Assembly: GCF_001194135.2 (NCBI RefSeq)
Contig: NC_068996.1
Coordinates: forward strand, 25,273,122 to 25,337,121
Origin: Octopus bimaculoides
Taxonomy: Eukaryota
Reading direction: 5' to 3'
Length of the DNA: 64,000 nt
Made by a program: the position numbers and the translations under genes. Of this stretch, positions 1 to 12,700 are shown piece by piece; the first letter of the stretch is position 1; each line of letters begins with the position of its first letter. The notes beneath the pieces are model-generated. The model was not told where the DNA came from. It was given only the letters and a program-made list of their open reading frames with translations, and made no database searches.

Positions 1-369
1 AAAGAGAGATAGGTTGGAAACAGAGATTGAGAAAGATAGAAAGCAAAAGCCAGAGTTAGCAATGGAGGTGTGACAGGCGAAAAGCGAAAAAATGAGATTA
101 TAAAGAGACAATGAGTGAGAAGAAAACACAAGAAAGCGTAACGGGAGGGAGGAGAGGGAAAACAAAGGAGAAAGATAAAGATTAAATAAAGGAATATGAT
201 ATAGACAGAAGGAAGGGTTGGGGAATGCAACTTTTATGTGATGTGAACAGATTAGGCTGGAAACGAAGAGATGAAACCAGCAAACAAGTCTAAAAGGATG
301 TGATTAGACAATGGAATAGATTTAGAAAGAGATGCAAGTCCAGTAGAAAAAAGTGAGGAGTAAGTAGGC

Positions 370-1760
370 AGTTGTACACACGTACAAACGAACTCGTAAG
401 AGTGCCAAATCGATAAAAGAGATGGTAGTCGTGCTCCCACTTCAATAGATTTGCATAGGAAAGTGTCCAAATGGAAAGTGTAGGTATAATTAAAATAAGG
501 CAAGTACATTAGAGGTATAAGCAGGCATTCTGCACAAACAAGAAAAACCATACAGTCTATATTATAGACTCCTTACGTAAAAGGGCCAAGTGTATAAGAG
601 AGGGCAGTTCTGCACATTATAAGATTTCTCTCTTTTTAATAGATTTCCAAGGGAAAATGTACTGATGAAAAATGTAGATATAGCGAAATAAGGCGAGTTC
701 GTTAGAGAAGGTGTAAGCAGGCATTCGTTCAAAGTGTACAATCGAAAAGGTGAAGGGGAATCTGTTGGAGAGAAAGGGTAGTGTAAGTAAATAGTCGTAC
801 ACGCAGGATACAAATAGAAAAGGCAAGTGATAATTATGCAAGGGAAGAAGTAAGTCTATTACGCAGAGAGCATGGGAGAGAGAAAGTGAGCGAGGAAGAG
901 CGAGAGAGAAAGAGAAAGAATAAACGTATGCAGTGTACAAACGAAAAAGGTATTAATAATGGAGAAGGCAAGTCTATTACAAAGAGAGCAGTCGCACGTA
1001 CAGCATACAAACGAAAAGGCAAATGATAATTAACACAGTAAGGAAGGAAAGAGAGAGAGCAATCATATGCAGTATTCACAAGAAAAAGGCAAGAGTTAAT
1101 AATGGAAAAAGTAAGTCTGTTACGAAGAGAGCAGGCGTACGTACAGCGTACAAACGAAAAGGCAAATAATAACGTAGTAAGGAAGGAAACGACTGCTATA
1201 CACACAGAATGAGAGAGAGAGAGAGAGAGCAGTCGTACACGTGAACTGAACAAACGAAAAAGGTGTTAATGAGAGAGAAGGCAAATTTGTTGTAGTGAGT
1301 AGCTGCATACACAAGTGTAGAAACAAAAAGGGAGAAACTAAGTCTGTTATACAGAAGGAAAAAGAGAGACAGAGAGAGACCACAGTCGTACACATAGTGT
1401 ACAAACGTAAAAGAAAAAAAAGGCGAGCTATAATAGATACAATAAAAGATAAGTGTGTTAAAGATAGAGACACAGCACTCATGCATATAGCATACAAACG
1501 AAAAGAGACGGGTGATACCACGTAGAATGAAAGAGAAGTTAAGACTACTATCTGTAACAGTCATGCCTTCTCCCTTACTATATGTGTTATATAATAAAGG
1601 CAAGACTTACAAAGAGAAAAGAGAGACAGAACCGTCGTACAGTGTACAAACAGAAAAAAGGCGAATATAAACAAATATAGTAAAGGAGAAGACGAGACTA
1701 AGAGAGAGGGAGAGAGAGACTAGTCATACACTTTGTACGAAAAATGTGTATTTTGGCGAA
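370..1760. repeat. Degenerate purine-rich repeat array upstream of the KLC promoter
   Basis: About 10 copies of (GTG/CG/CA)TACAAACGAAAA(A)GG at ~382, 734, 933, 1004, 1147, 1248, 1397, 1491, 1642 and 1734. AAGTCTRTTAC recurs at ~852, 970, 1112 and 1340. 930-1050 resembles 1069-1189. Confidence 0.7.
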
Positions 1761-1959
1761 CTGAGAGCAGCAGCAGTAGGCAGTCGTTCACAGGCAAAAA
1801 AATAAAAGTGTTTATTAGAGACAGACAAAGTAATAAGGACAGAAAGGGAGAGAATAAAAAAAGGCGATACAACCATAGTAAGTAAGGGAGTAGGCTAGTA
1901 TTAAAGAGAGAGAGATAGAGAGGGAGAGGGAGAGTGTTATATGTGGGTAGTAGTAAGAG

Positions 1960-2100
1960 ATCGGTCGGTCGGTTAATATACATATGCAAATATATGCATA
2001 CACTGTCAGTGTACGTGATAGAGAGAGAGAGAGAGAGAGAGGGAAAAAAGAAAGAAAGAAAGTGTGTACAGCGTTGAACCGAGTCGGACGGCCATCTTGG
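1960..2100. promoter_or_regulatory. Putative KLC core promoter region
   Basis: CpG-dense. Contains a perfect octamer ATGCAAAT at 1984-1991, a near-palindrome TACACTGTCAGTGTA at ~1999-2013, a (GA)n tract, and a YY1-type motif CGGCCATCTTGG at 2089-2100. These are motif matches only. Confidence 0.45.
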
Positions 2101-2121
2101 TTTCTATATATGACAGAGCAG
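2062..2121 (+). other. KLC: Probable first (leader) exon of KLC; TSS not resolvable
   Basis: Consensus donor CAG|GTAAGT at 2121/2122 follows a CpG-rich stretch. Plus-strand composition switches from purine-rich to pyrimidine-rich immediately after it. Confidence 0.55.
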
Positions 2122-3355
2122 GTAAGTAACAAGTCCATGATTAAGTAATAATAATAACTTAACACATAAATTGGAATAACGACAAACTAACTAATTTAAC
2201 ATATTGGTTTTTTTCCTGTGCGTAGGTGAGGTTCGATTTTCTTTTGGACACTTATTTACCAATGTTTCTTCCACATTTTTTTTTCTGAGTGTGTGTGCGG
2301 CTTCGAATTCCTCCTTGAATTTCTCCTCTCCTCTATCCTGTTCTCTCTTTCTGTCTCTCTCCCTCTCTGTATATGTCTGAATAAAATCTGTTAAGCTTTT
2401 TCTATATTTTATCCCCAGTTTTATTTTTCTTTCAGTATATTCTTCCCTTCATCCCTAAATTGTTTGTCTTTCTCATCTGATTTTCCCAATTCTGTTGCAT
2501 TAACAACTTAAATTTTCCTCCTTGCTGAGTGTTTCATTCCGTCTGTCTATCTACCTAATTGTCTAATTATTTAAACTTCACACACACTAATATAAATATG
2601 CATATATGATTTATATATCTATAATGTATGTGTTTGTATATGTTGTCTGTATATTAAACTTTTCCATCCAATATTTACGTAAAAAACTCAGTCCTCCCTC
2701 CCTACTTTCACCTACCCACTAATATAATATATTTCACAGATTATTATAAATATTATACCTGATCCACCCACTTCAACAGCAAATTTCTCTGAGGACCAAA
2801 CCTTAACACAAACCCTAAACACATACACACACACACAAACACATATATATATAATATATATAAAAGGTTATGAGTCATCGAGGTCTTGTTTTAATATAAA
2901 GATAAGCTGACTAAAAGTGTCTTTTCTATCTTTTTCTCTTCCCACGACTGTCTTACTGTCTGGCTTTTTTAAAGTTTTATGAAAGCATATTACGGTTGTA
3001 TATTGCTATCTTCTTATCCGTTTCCCTCAAGTAAGTTTCATTAATGATCAGTTGCAACCATAACTTTCGTCTTAACATTTATATATAAGGAATTTATCAA
3101 ATCCATTCAGTGTAATATGTCTGTTTTATATAGATATATATAGAGATTCTCAGCTTTTTTAGCTGCTATTTCTGAACTTCGGTATATGGTGAAGCAAATA
3201 ATAGCTGATCCCTTAATTATGTTTATATATAGAGAGATAGATATATAAATAATTTTACCGAGTATTAAAATGCATTACCTAATATTTTTGTAAGTAGGCG
3301 GAAATAGTTTAGTTGAAACAATAACCGATCACCAAAGTTAAATTGTGTGTATGTA

Positions 3356-3392
<37 letters not shown>

Positions 3393-4967
3393 CTTACGCA
3401 CAGATACATATACACATGTGTATTGTTGATCCATCTATTAATGATGAAAATTTAGCCTGCCTTTCTGTAATTTGGTATACACCAGTGCTGTTCTCGAATG
3501 AAAGAAAGAATTAAGAAAAAAAGGAAGAGAAAAGGCTATACATTCTACTAGCTTCGACTAACTGGAAGCTTCCTCAGATATCATCGTTCTAGCATATTTG
3601 GACATCGACCCACATCTTTTCCCTTTTAAATCGTATTTTCTTTTATCCCACTCGACATAGTTACTTTGAATCAAAAGAAAAAAAAAACCCATAGATCAAC
3701 AAACCAAAATTTAATTTTAAACCACTCCTACCTCCCTCCATGAGACCAAGCACACGTACTTGCTTTTTAAATTATCACCACTCTTTACGTACATGCTCCT
3801 CTCGTCATGTTTAAATTCTTAATTTGGTAAGTGTGTGTCCCTTCCTGTATGTCTGAGTGCTTTTTTTTGTATTATTTTCATTTATCGAATCATTTTTGTA
3901 ATTTATTATGATAATGTTGCAACGGTCTTGACTCTAAATGTATACTTATATATCACTATTTTTATTGTAAATTTTTGAGTCTAACGTTTTGTTTATCTCT
4001 CTCTTAAATTTTAGTTTGTCTGATTCACTAAATCTCATGTCACTATTGTTGTTTTATGCTTGTTAATTGCTGTCGCTGCATCTCTAATTAAAAACGGGAC
4101 GGAGCTATATATATATATATATACACACACACACTTTTATGATGTTTTTCAAATGCCGATGATTGTAACTGTCATATATATAAATATATACATGTCCTGA
4201 GGGTGTTTTTCTCACGGAATTCGCATTGTAATTAGGCGATCAAAGCATATACAGTTTTTGAAAATAGAATCCGTTATATATATATATATATATATATATA
4301 CATACACACACTTGTGTATACCTCTTGTTTTGTATATGTACATGTATTCACTTTTTTTAGACATCACAGTATTGAGAGGTATTTTTATTAGTTGTAGTTG
4401 CTAAAGAATTTGCTATTGCGTTTGCAAAAATGATCATCCCTGGCTGCCAACCTTAGAAGCAATGGCAATAACAATTGAAACAACAATCATTAAGCCAGAT
4501 CGTTGCTTACATATTCATAAAATATAACATTCCACCTCCATAAAACAACCCGAAGCAAAACGTCAGTCGATCGATCCATCGATCAATAACCAACAATTGT
4601 TCATTTTGGCTCTCTTTTATGATATATATTTTTTCTTACTTCTGTTTATAGTACCTTCTATGGAATGGAACAAAACCATTAAGAAACTAGGAATTAAAGA
4701 TATCGACCAAAAGTACAGACGAAACTGAATTTGGCCGACCTTGTCTTTTAATTGTAGAGAAAAAAAAGTACCATAACCTTTCTCAAAGTATTGACTTGTC
4801 GAGCTGTTGTCATCCTATGTGTTCTTGGCTCAACCGTTTTAATATATTATATACACTTTAAAATAAGATATTTCTATATTTCCTTTCTTCGGAGAAGAGA
4901 GAAGGGTTGTTTATATTGCCACTGAGAGCTTTCTTTCGTACCTAATTTTGTGGTTTGGATGTTGCAG

Positions 4968-4997
4968 TGTCACTGACAACATGGGGGCAGTATACAG
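4968..4997 (+). CDS. KLC: Candidate 30-nt KLC start exon coding MGAVY(R), with ATG at 4981
   Basis: Branch-like CCTAAT at 4941-4946, acceptor TTGCAG|, Kozak-like ACAACATGG, and donor CAG|GTGAGA in phase 2. The phase is compatible with the 8748 exon and with 62825. The pyrimidine tract is weak. Confidence 0.5.
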
Positions 4998-5246
4998 GTG
5001 AGAAGAAAGTATTACATATCTATGTATTATATGTGTATGTGTGTGTGTGCTCGCGCGTGGTTTTTTAAAAATTAGTTTTAATTAAAAGAAAAATAATATT
5101 AATGTCACACACTTCGTTGACAAATTACTGTCAGTCGTTTGAAAGCATCTGTTCTAAATTTCAAATTATTTGAGTAAATTCTCCTCAGCTGTGAAGATGG
5201 ATTGTCAATCATATATATGTAAACACACACATACATACATACATAC

Positions 5247-5314
<68 letters not shown>

Positions 5315-6460
5315 ATAAACAGGAATCAGTTCATGTTGATCATGATGTCATTTGACAAAAACAAATGTTGATATCAACTTGATAGACAAGCAAACTGTTG
5401 ATTCGTTTTGTTTGTATCATGTCGATTATTTATTATTTCTTTTTCTGTTTGTAGTTGAGAATTTTGCTTGCTTTTTATTCTTCGTTTTCTGTCGCCGTCA
5501 TTCTTTTAGTTCCAAAGGTTTATTTTAGTTCTTATCGGTTTATGTTCGCTTCCTCCACCCCTGTTTATTTTCATTGCTTTTTTTTTTTTTTCATTTTCTT
5601 CCAAATTTTGAGATTTTCCACTCCCTGAGGCATATTTTTCATCAATTCGTTTTTATCCTAATGTAGTTTTGAAAGCATCTTCGAAAATAATTACATCTTT
5701 TACTGGTTCCAGCAACTATCTGGAATTGTCAGCTATTTGGGATAATTATTTCACCGAATGCAAACCACAGTGGTGCTTTATGTTATATAAACGGTTTCAT
5801 CATAAATAAATCTGTCATGGACATGAGATCTGTATAGAGATGAGTTGAGAAAAATTATAGCTGAAAGTATTTTCACTTATGGCATTCCATCACTTTTTCT
5901 CCCTCCCCCTTGAGATAAAATCTGCATTTAATCATTTAAGACTAGGGATTTAATGCTTGAGATAACTAAAGCAAAGCAAAACGGAGATTAGTGTGATGTG
6001 TATACCAATTATTATGGTTAACTGAACATAATATAGGAAGAGAGAGAACTAAAACAAGGATTCTCGAGTTAGTTGTAGATTTGAATTTAATTAATGGTAA
6101 TTTTTTTTTGAAATTACAATGTTGACATTGTTACTAAATTATGTTGGAAGAAATCTCATTTACTAGAAATGTGGATGTAAATAGTTTAGGTGAGCTGTAA
6201 CACCTAATATCAGAGAATGGTGTCTGGTGTCCTCTCCAGGTACTAAAAGTATTGGATCACAGAAGTCCTTCAGACTTTACGGGGAAGAGAAGTGTTATTA
6301 GCATAATATGCATGCATGTACGCATGAACTAAGCCTTTAATTAAAAAAAAGAAGTATATGGTATTGTTTACAGAACTTCAAAACCTGTAATTTTATAATT
6401 ATAGCATAAAACAAGTGTGTATGTGCATGTATGTAATATGCACACATACATACACCATTG

Positions 6461-6632
6461 ACAGTCGATGTTGGCTTGTTTACATCCCCATTACTTAGCT
6501 GTTCGGCAAAACAGACCTATGCAATAAGTACCAAACTTAGAAATAACTAGAGGTCATTTTGTTTGACTAAGCCCTTCTAGGCGGAGCCCCAACATGGTCA
6601 CAGTCCAGTGACAGAAACGAGTAAAAGATAAA
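6461..6632 (+). mobile_element. Older isolated 3' module of SINE family A
   Basis: Aligns by eye to 6885-7034 and ends GAGTAAAAGA. Confidence 0.75.
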
Positions 6633-6658
6633 AGAATATATATATATATATATATAAT

Positions 6659-7034
6659 AGGCGCAGGAGTGGCTGTGTGGTAAGTAGCTTGCATACCAAC
6701 CACATGGTTCCGGGTTCAGTCCCACTGCGTGGCACCTTGGGCAAGTGTCTTCTACTATAGCCTCGGGCCGACCAAAGCCTTGTGAGTGGATTTGGTAGAT
6801 GGAAACTGAAAGAAGCCCGTCGTATATATATATATGTATGTGTGTGTGTTTGTGTCTGTGTTTGTCCCCCTAGCATTGCTTGACAACCGATGCTGGTGTG
6901 TTTATGTACCCGTCACTTAGCGGTTTGGCAAAAGAGACCGATAGAATAAGTACTAGGCTTACAAAGAATAAGTCCCCGGGTCGATTTGCTCGACTAAAGG
7001 CGGTGCTCCAGCATGGCTGCAGTCAAATGACTGA
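6659..7034 (+). mobile_element. Near full-length, well-preserved octopus tRNA-derived SINE (family A, tail type 1); 3' end cut by a gap
   Basis: A-box-like TGGCTGTGTGG, B-box-like GGTTCAGTCC, CORE-like GCACCTTGGGCAAGTGTCTT, an internal (TA/TG)n, and a 3' module ending CAGTCAAATGACTGA. CpGs are intact. It has many diverged relatives in the window. Confidence 0.9.
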
Positions 7035-7415
7035 NNNNNNNNNNNNNNNNNNNNNNNNNNNNNNNNNNNNNNNNNNNNNNNNNNNNNNNNNNNNNNNNNN
7101 NNNNNNNNNNNNNNNNNNNNNNNNNNNNNNNNNNNNNNNNNNNNNNNNNNNNNNNNNNNNNNNNNNNNNNNNNNNNNNNNNNNNNNNNNNNNNNNNNNNN
7201 NNNNNNNNNNNNNNNNNNNNNNNNNNNNNNNNNNNNNNNNNNNNNNNNNNNNNNNNNNNNNNNNNNNNNNNNNNNNNNNNNNNNNNNNNNNNNNNNNNNN
7301 NNNNNNNNNNNNNNNNNNNNNNNNNNNNNNNNNNNNNNNNNNNNNNNNNNNNNNNNNNNNNNNNNNNNNNNNNNNNNNNNNNNNNNNNNNNNNNNNNNNN
7401 NNNNNNNNNNNNNNN
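7035..7415. other. Assembly gap (others at 34888-34909, 45212-45238, 47598-47896, 51899-52235, 61328-61660)
   Basis: Runs of N, mostly flanked by microsatellites or repeats. Confidence 1.
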
Positions 7416-7452
<37 letters not shown>

Positions 7453-8747
7453 CATACCCATACATACGCTAACATAAACCTATTTTCTATACTATACCCC
7501 TCACACACATAATATATGTGTATTTGTGTGTGTGGAGGGGAGTGTTCGGATATATTTGTAAGATAGTATTACTTTAAATTAAAATGTTTATGATTTGTAG
7601 TTCTATATGTGAAAAATATTCAGTATTTTCATTTCTAGATTATTAATTAGAGCTATACTTCAAATTTCACGAGTTTCGAGCATCCTATATTCTATTAATT
7701 AACACGCAGTAGTACAAAAACGACCAAATAGATCCCTCCCCGCTCCATCTGCAATATCAATTTATTGGATAAAACTGTTCTCTCTGCTCCACACATAGAC
7801 AGACATATATCGATTATTTAATTGTAAACAGTACTACCTGTTCATTATCTCCCTTTTATTTGTATAGAAGTTGGCAGGACAGGTTTACTCCAGCTATGAG
7901 TTTTGATTTTGATATTAGTGTACGTTGTTGTTGTTGCCTGGACAGAATTAGTATCAAATTTATTGTTAGCTTTTCTTCCAGTAACCACTTTCCTACCTAT
8001 TACCCTCTTTATTTTATTTTCTTTCTTCCTTCTCCACAACCATATTTTTTTTCTAATATATTAAACTTTTAATTAATATGCTTAATTTGAAACTTCACAC
8101 ATCAATAATTATTTCTTTGCTTTTTTTTTCACCTCTTAAAATTTAAAATTGCTAATTATCTTTTAAAATTATTTCTGGTATTTTTTTTTTTTTTTTTTTT
8201 GCAATACTGTTGCTTGTCTATCAGACTAAGATATTCCCTTTGGAGGTTTGAATTTTCCTATTTTTAATACTAATATTATAATTATTATTACTATTATTGG
8301 GTGCATTTTGGAAAATAAATTGATAGGTTAAATTCTCTTTTATTTTATAATAGATTTAGGTATTGTAAATTATATTTATCTACATTTGTATATTGACAAT
8401 ACTATAAATAAAAAAAATCCTCATAATTTTTTAATGATTTATTCTTTGTGTATATAAAATATACATTTGTTAATATATGTTTTAACAGTGTATAATTTAG
8501 GTATGTAGACATCTAGTGATGCTTCATTAAAGCCAACAACTTTGTTTCTGTATTTCAAAAGAGATATTCACAGACTATTTAAATTGAAATACTTGAACAC
8601 AGAATACTAATTAAATTATGTTAGAATAACGATCGCATTAGAGTGTTGGCATGCTGGTTTGTCCGAAGATGATTTAGAATGGCTGTATAAATTAAGTCAT
8701 TAGCGATGGCATGTATTATTGCTTCTCTTACTTGCTTATTTTTACAG

Positions 8748-8789
8748 ACCATGTGAAATCACCATGGAAAACAAAGAATTAGAAGAAAG
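8748..8789 (+). CDS. KLC: Candidate 42-nt symmetric KLC exon coding (R)PCEITMENKELEE(R); contains its own ACCATGG start at 8764
   Basis: Acceptor CTTATTTTTACAG| and donor AAG|GTAATT. Phase 2-2, open in the KLC frame. Confidence 0.6.
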
Positions 8790-9073
8790 GTAATTACATG
8801 ATATTTTCTTAGTAGAATTAACTTTCACTGTCAATGTAATCATTGATATTATGAAATAGAAAACAAAACGTCAAACTTAACTCTTTACTTTTTTTTATTG
8901 TGCAACTCATTGTGTAGCTAATAACTAGAAGTTGAGGTGTAACTGTGTGGTTAAGATTTTCACTTCACAACCACATGGTTTGATTTCACTGCATGACATC
9001 TACAGTTGATGAATGTCATGTCAGTCGAAACTGCTGAAGCCTTTTGCTTGTGTGTATGTGTGAGTATCATGAT

Positions 9074-9124
<51 letters not shown>

Positions 9125-9606
9125 ATGTGGATTTTTTTCCTCCGTTTTATGTGTTTTTCAATGCTAAAAATAGTTTGAATATATATTATTAATGCATTGT
9201 TTTACAGCCAGATGCCTTTTTTGTTGCTAACCCTTATCTGTTTTTCAAGTAAGGGCCTTTTCCACTCATCTTGAAAAGTGCAGAGCTCCCTGATGATTTT
9301 GTTGATTGGGAAATGACAACAGAGTATGTCATGCAACTTGGCAATTTTTCATTATCTCTCTCTCTCTCTCTCACATACACATCTTAGTTTCCTAACCCTC
9401 AATTCTGTACCCCACTCAGAGTCTCTTGTCTTGCAGGTGCTGGTGCCATGTAAAAAGCACCTCTGAAGTTGTTGGCATTAGGAAAGGCATCCAAAGCAGA
9501 CATAGAATCTGGTGCAGCCCTCTAGCTCATCTCTTCATATTGAACTGTCCAACCCATGCCAGCATGGAAAAAGGGATGTTAAATGATTATATAAGATGGG
9601 TTTTGT

Positions 9607-9762
9607 ACAGTTTTTGTTTACCAGATTCATTTGCAAGATATTGGTCAGCCTGGGGCTATAGTTGAAGACACTTGCCCAAGGTGCTGCACAGTGTGATTGA
9701 ACCAAGAACCATGAACCACATGGTTGCGAAGTGAACTTCTTAACCACACAGCTATGTCTGTA
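9607..9762 (-). mobile_element. SINE family A head/CORE fragment
   Basis: GAAGACACTTGCCCAAGGTGC...CTTAACCACACAGC is the reverse complement of the 6659 head. Confidence 0.8.
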
Positions 9763-12700
9763 TACAGTTTGTGTGTGTGTGTTTTTTACACTGATGTAAA
9801 AACTCTTGTTTATGTTGTGTTCCTTTACGTCCCATAACTTAGTTTGATAAGTGCTGGGAAGGGGTGGGTGTGCAATGTAATTGACTAAACCCTTGGCGGA
9901 AGTGCCCTGGCACGGTCACAAACCAATGACTAGTAAAAGAGTATAATATTTGTGTCTTTAAAGCAATTCATATTTGCTCTTTTAAATTTTTAATTTTGTT
10001 CTTGTAAAATTTACATTGAAGTAAATGAGTTCGCATCTGCCTACACATGTATGTATGTCATCATCGTTTAATGTGTTTCCCATGCTGGCATGGGTTGTAT
10101 GGTTTGACAGGAGTTGGCAAGACAGAGGAATGTGCCAAGCTCCAATGTTTGCTATGGCTGGATGTCCTTCCTAATGCCAACTGCTTTACAGTGGACTGGG
10201 TACTTTTTATTGCATGAGCATCAATAAGGTCTCCAAGTAATTTGCCAGACAAAGATTCAACTGGGAGTGGGGAGTAATATTGAGTGAGGTAGCTGTGTGC
10301 TAGGTTACGAGAGATAAAACTATGATAGAAGGATAGATAGGTGTCTTGCTACCCTATTTTGAGGAGAGAGACATGATGATGGTAAATTTATGCCAGGGTG
10401 TACTCGTGTATGTGTGTCTGGGTAATATATAAATAACATCCCCAAATTGTTTTCATGCTGATTGTGTTAGCTTCTGTAATTTTCTTGACCTTGTACAGCA
10501 ATCATTCATCCTTAGCTTCCTTATTACCCAGAATATAGTATGAAAATAACTTGTCTGGCATGTTTTTTTTTTATTTGACAATGCTATGATATCGTTCGTT
10601 ATATTTTCCTTTTTACAAATCAGCTATCTGTGTAATTCTTCACACTGATAGTTTATACGCATATGTTATATTTTGCACTATACTCAAAAACATCCGTTTG
10701 TATTTTGATTATAATGTAATTCAACGTCTCCCACTTCTCTCTCTCTCTCTCTCATTCACTGAAACACGGAACCTCTTTGTCCTAGGTAAACAATGTCGTC
10801 TTCCATCTTCATAATCAGCACACATTTAAAAGCATCATACTCACTTTATAGTTTATATCCTATTTCAACACTAAGTTCACATAACTAAAACTGTACTACA
10901 AAAGTTGAGGCTTCTTGCTTCACAATCAGTACCCATCTTACATTAACATGTAAAATTTGTTAGGTTTTTCCAACCAAAATATTGGATTAACACATGTCTA
11001 TATGAAATCTTTCTCAGTAAGGGAATAAAATTTGACAGACTGAAAGGTCCAAAGTTTATCACCACTCTCCATGACATTGCTGTGTCGAAGGCCAAAATTC
11101 TTAAATCACCCAGTTTTATATATCCACAACGAGTCCCTCATTCATGATTGAGTGGTAGCAACTTGTAATTGACAAGCATTTCATTAACATACAGTGTTTA
11201 GCAACATTGTATTATGTCTTGGAGAAGATTGGTTTCTACATAGAATAAGCATACTGTATATATACTCTTTGCACACACATGCATGCACAAACACACACAC
11301 ACACAATCTGCTATCTAATGTAATATATAACTCAGGGTTAATGAGAAATGTAATTTAGTAAATTCCTTTGGTTTATATATTATGGTTTGACTTTCTCAAG
11401 GATTGTTAGTTAATCATTAGTCTTTTACTGGGCTACATATTCTATCTTCCTAATGATTCACTTACTATGTCTTTGGTTGGAAGGATGTTGGTTATATTTT
11501 TTGATCAATCCGAATAGAAAAGACAAAAAAAAAACCTGTGTGGTTTACATGTCTTTCTATTTCATTTGACTTTCCTGATTGGTATATTGAAGCAAGGAAT
11601 CTATTTAAAAACATCTACTTCAATAGGTTGCTTGATTTTAGAGGAGATATGGGTTTGAATTCTGTAAGCAAGTAAGGCAGCTACAATTAACAAGTTTTGA
11701 TAGGGAATTTAGTGTCTGCACTACAATATTGGAATGTATTTATATGCTGGTAGTGTAAATAAATTTACATTACTTTAAGAGTTGATGTGTTCTAGTTTTT
11801 ATTTGATCTCTGTGTAGCTGTTAAATGACTTGAGAGAAATTTCTATTCAGCTTTATAGAAATAGAAATATCTTGAAACATTCACCACCCACCATTCATAA
11901 GATATAAATTGGAGAATAAGTAGAAGAGTGTGATAAGTGATAGAAGCAATTGTGAGATTGTTGAACCGCCTTTTATCAGCACTTTCATTGGTTAACCACA
12001 ATCTGCCCGTCTGTTCACTCTTAAAATATTATTCAGACCTTGAATACTTTCAATCAATAATATGTCTGCAAGATTAGGCCTAACCTGAAGCTAAACACCA
12101 AATAAATAAGGCTATCACTATTTAAAAAAATAGAGAGGCAAAACGAAATAAATACTAAAAGGTGTTTTGTCCTGAACACTGATGTTTCTGCCGTGACCTA
12201 TTTAAAGTATTTTTTTGTGTTTCTATATGAGAAAAAGAGAATAACATGCCCAGCCAGTGTGCTTATATTCAAAGGATAAAAGGAAAATATTATCTTTCTT
12301 GGAAACAGGGTTGGTGACAGGAAGAGCATCAAGCTGTAGAAAATCTGCTTTAGTGAACTTCATGTGCCATGCAAGCATCGAAAACCAGATTTTAAACTAT
12401 TATATATGTGTGTATGTATGCATATATATTCCATGTAAACCATGTGTCCTGTTCTGTGCATTTGAAGATCAGTGGAATTTTATAAAAAAAGACCTTTATT
12501 TGAAAAACAGTTGGTAATTATTAGTGACAGGCAGGATGTTCCTCCAAATTTTTTCTTTTTTCAAGACCTTAACATTTTGATACTCTTCTCATAACCAATC
12601 ACTTTGCAGTATGTGGCGTGTTGCATTCTGTGATACCACCAACTCTAGAAAGGTTGTCTACAGTGGACTAAAAAGTCCATTCTACCTTATTTCTGTTATG

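Noticed and set aside
370-1760. CRISPR-like repeat-spacer interpretation of the upstream array
   Set aside because: Eukaryotic locus, short degenerate repeats, irregular and mutually similar spacers, and no cas genes.
252-2165. Multiple 76-139 aa ORFs on both strands
   Set aside because: They are translations of GA/CT-rich low-complexity repeat (Leu/Ser/Phe or Lys/Arg/Glu runs), with no splice structure or family motif.
9003-9040. Hammerhead-ribozyme-like TTGATGA...CGAAAC (also weak look-alikes at ~662 and ~34371)
   Set aside because: No stem II or GUH cleavage site can be formed. The 9003 case is a decayed SINE segment (GGAAACTGAAAGAAGCC).
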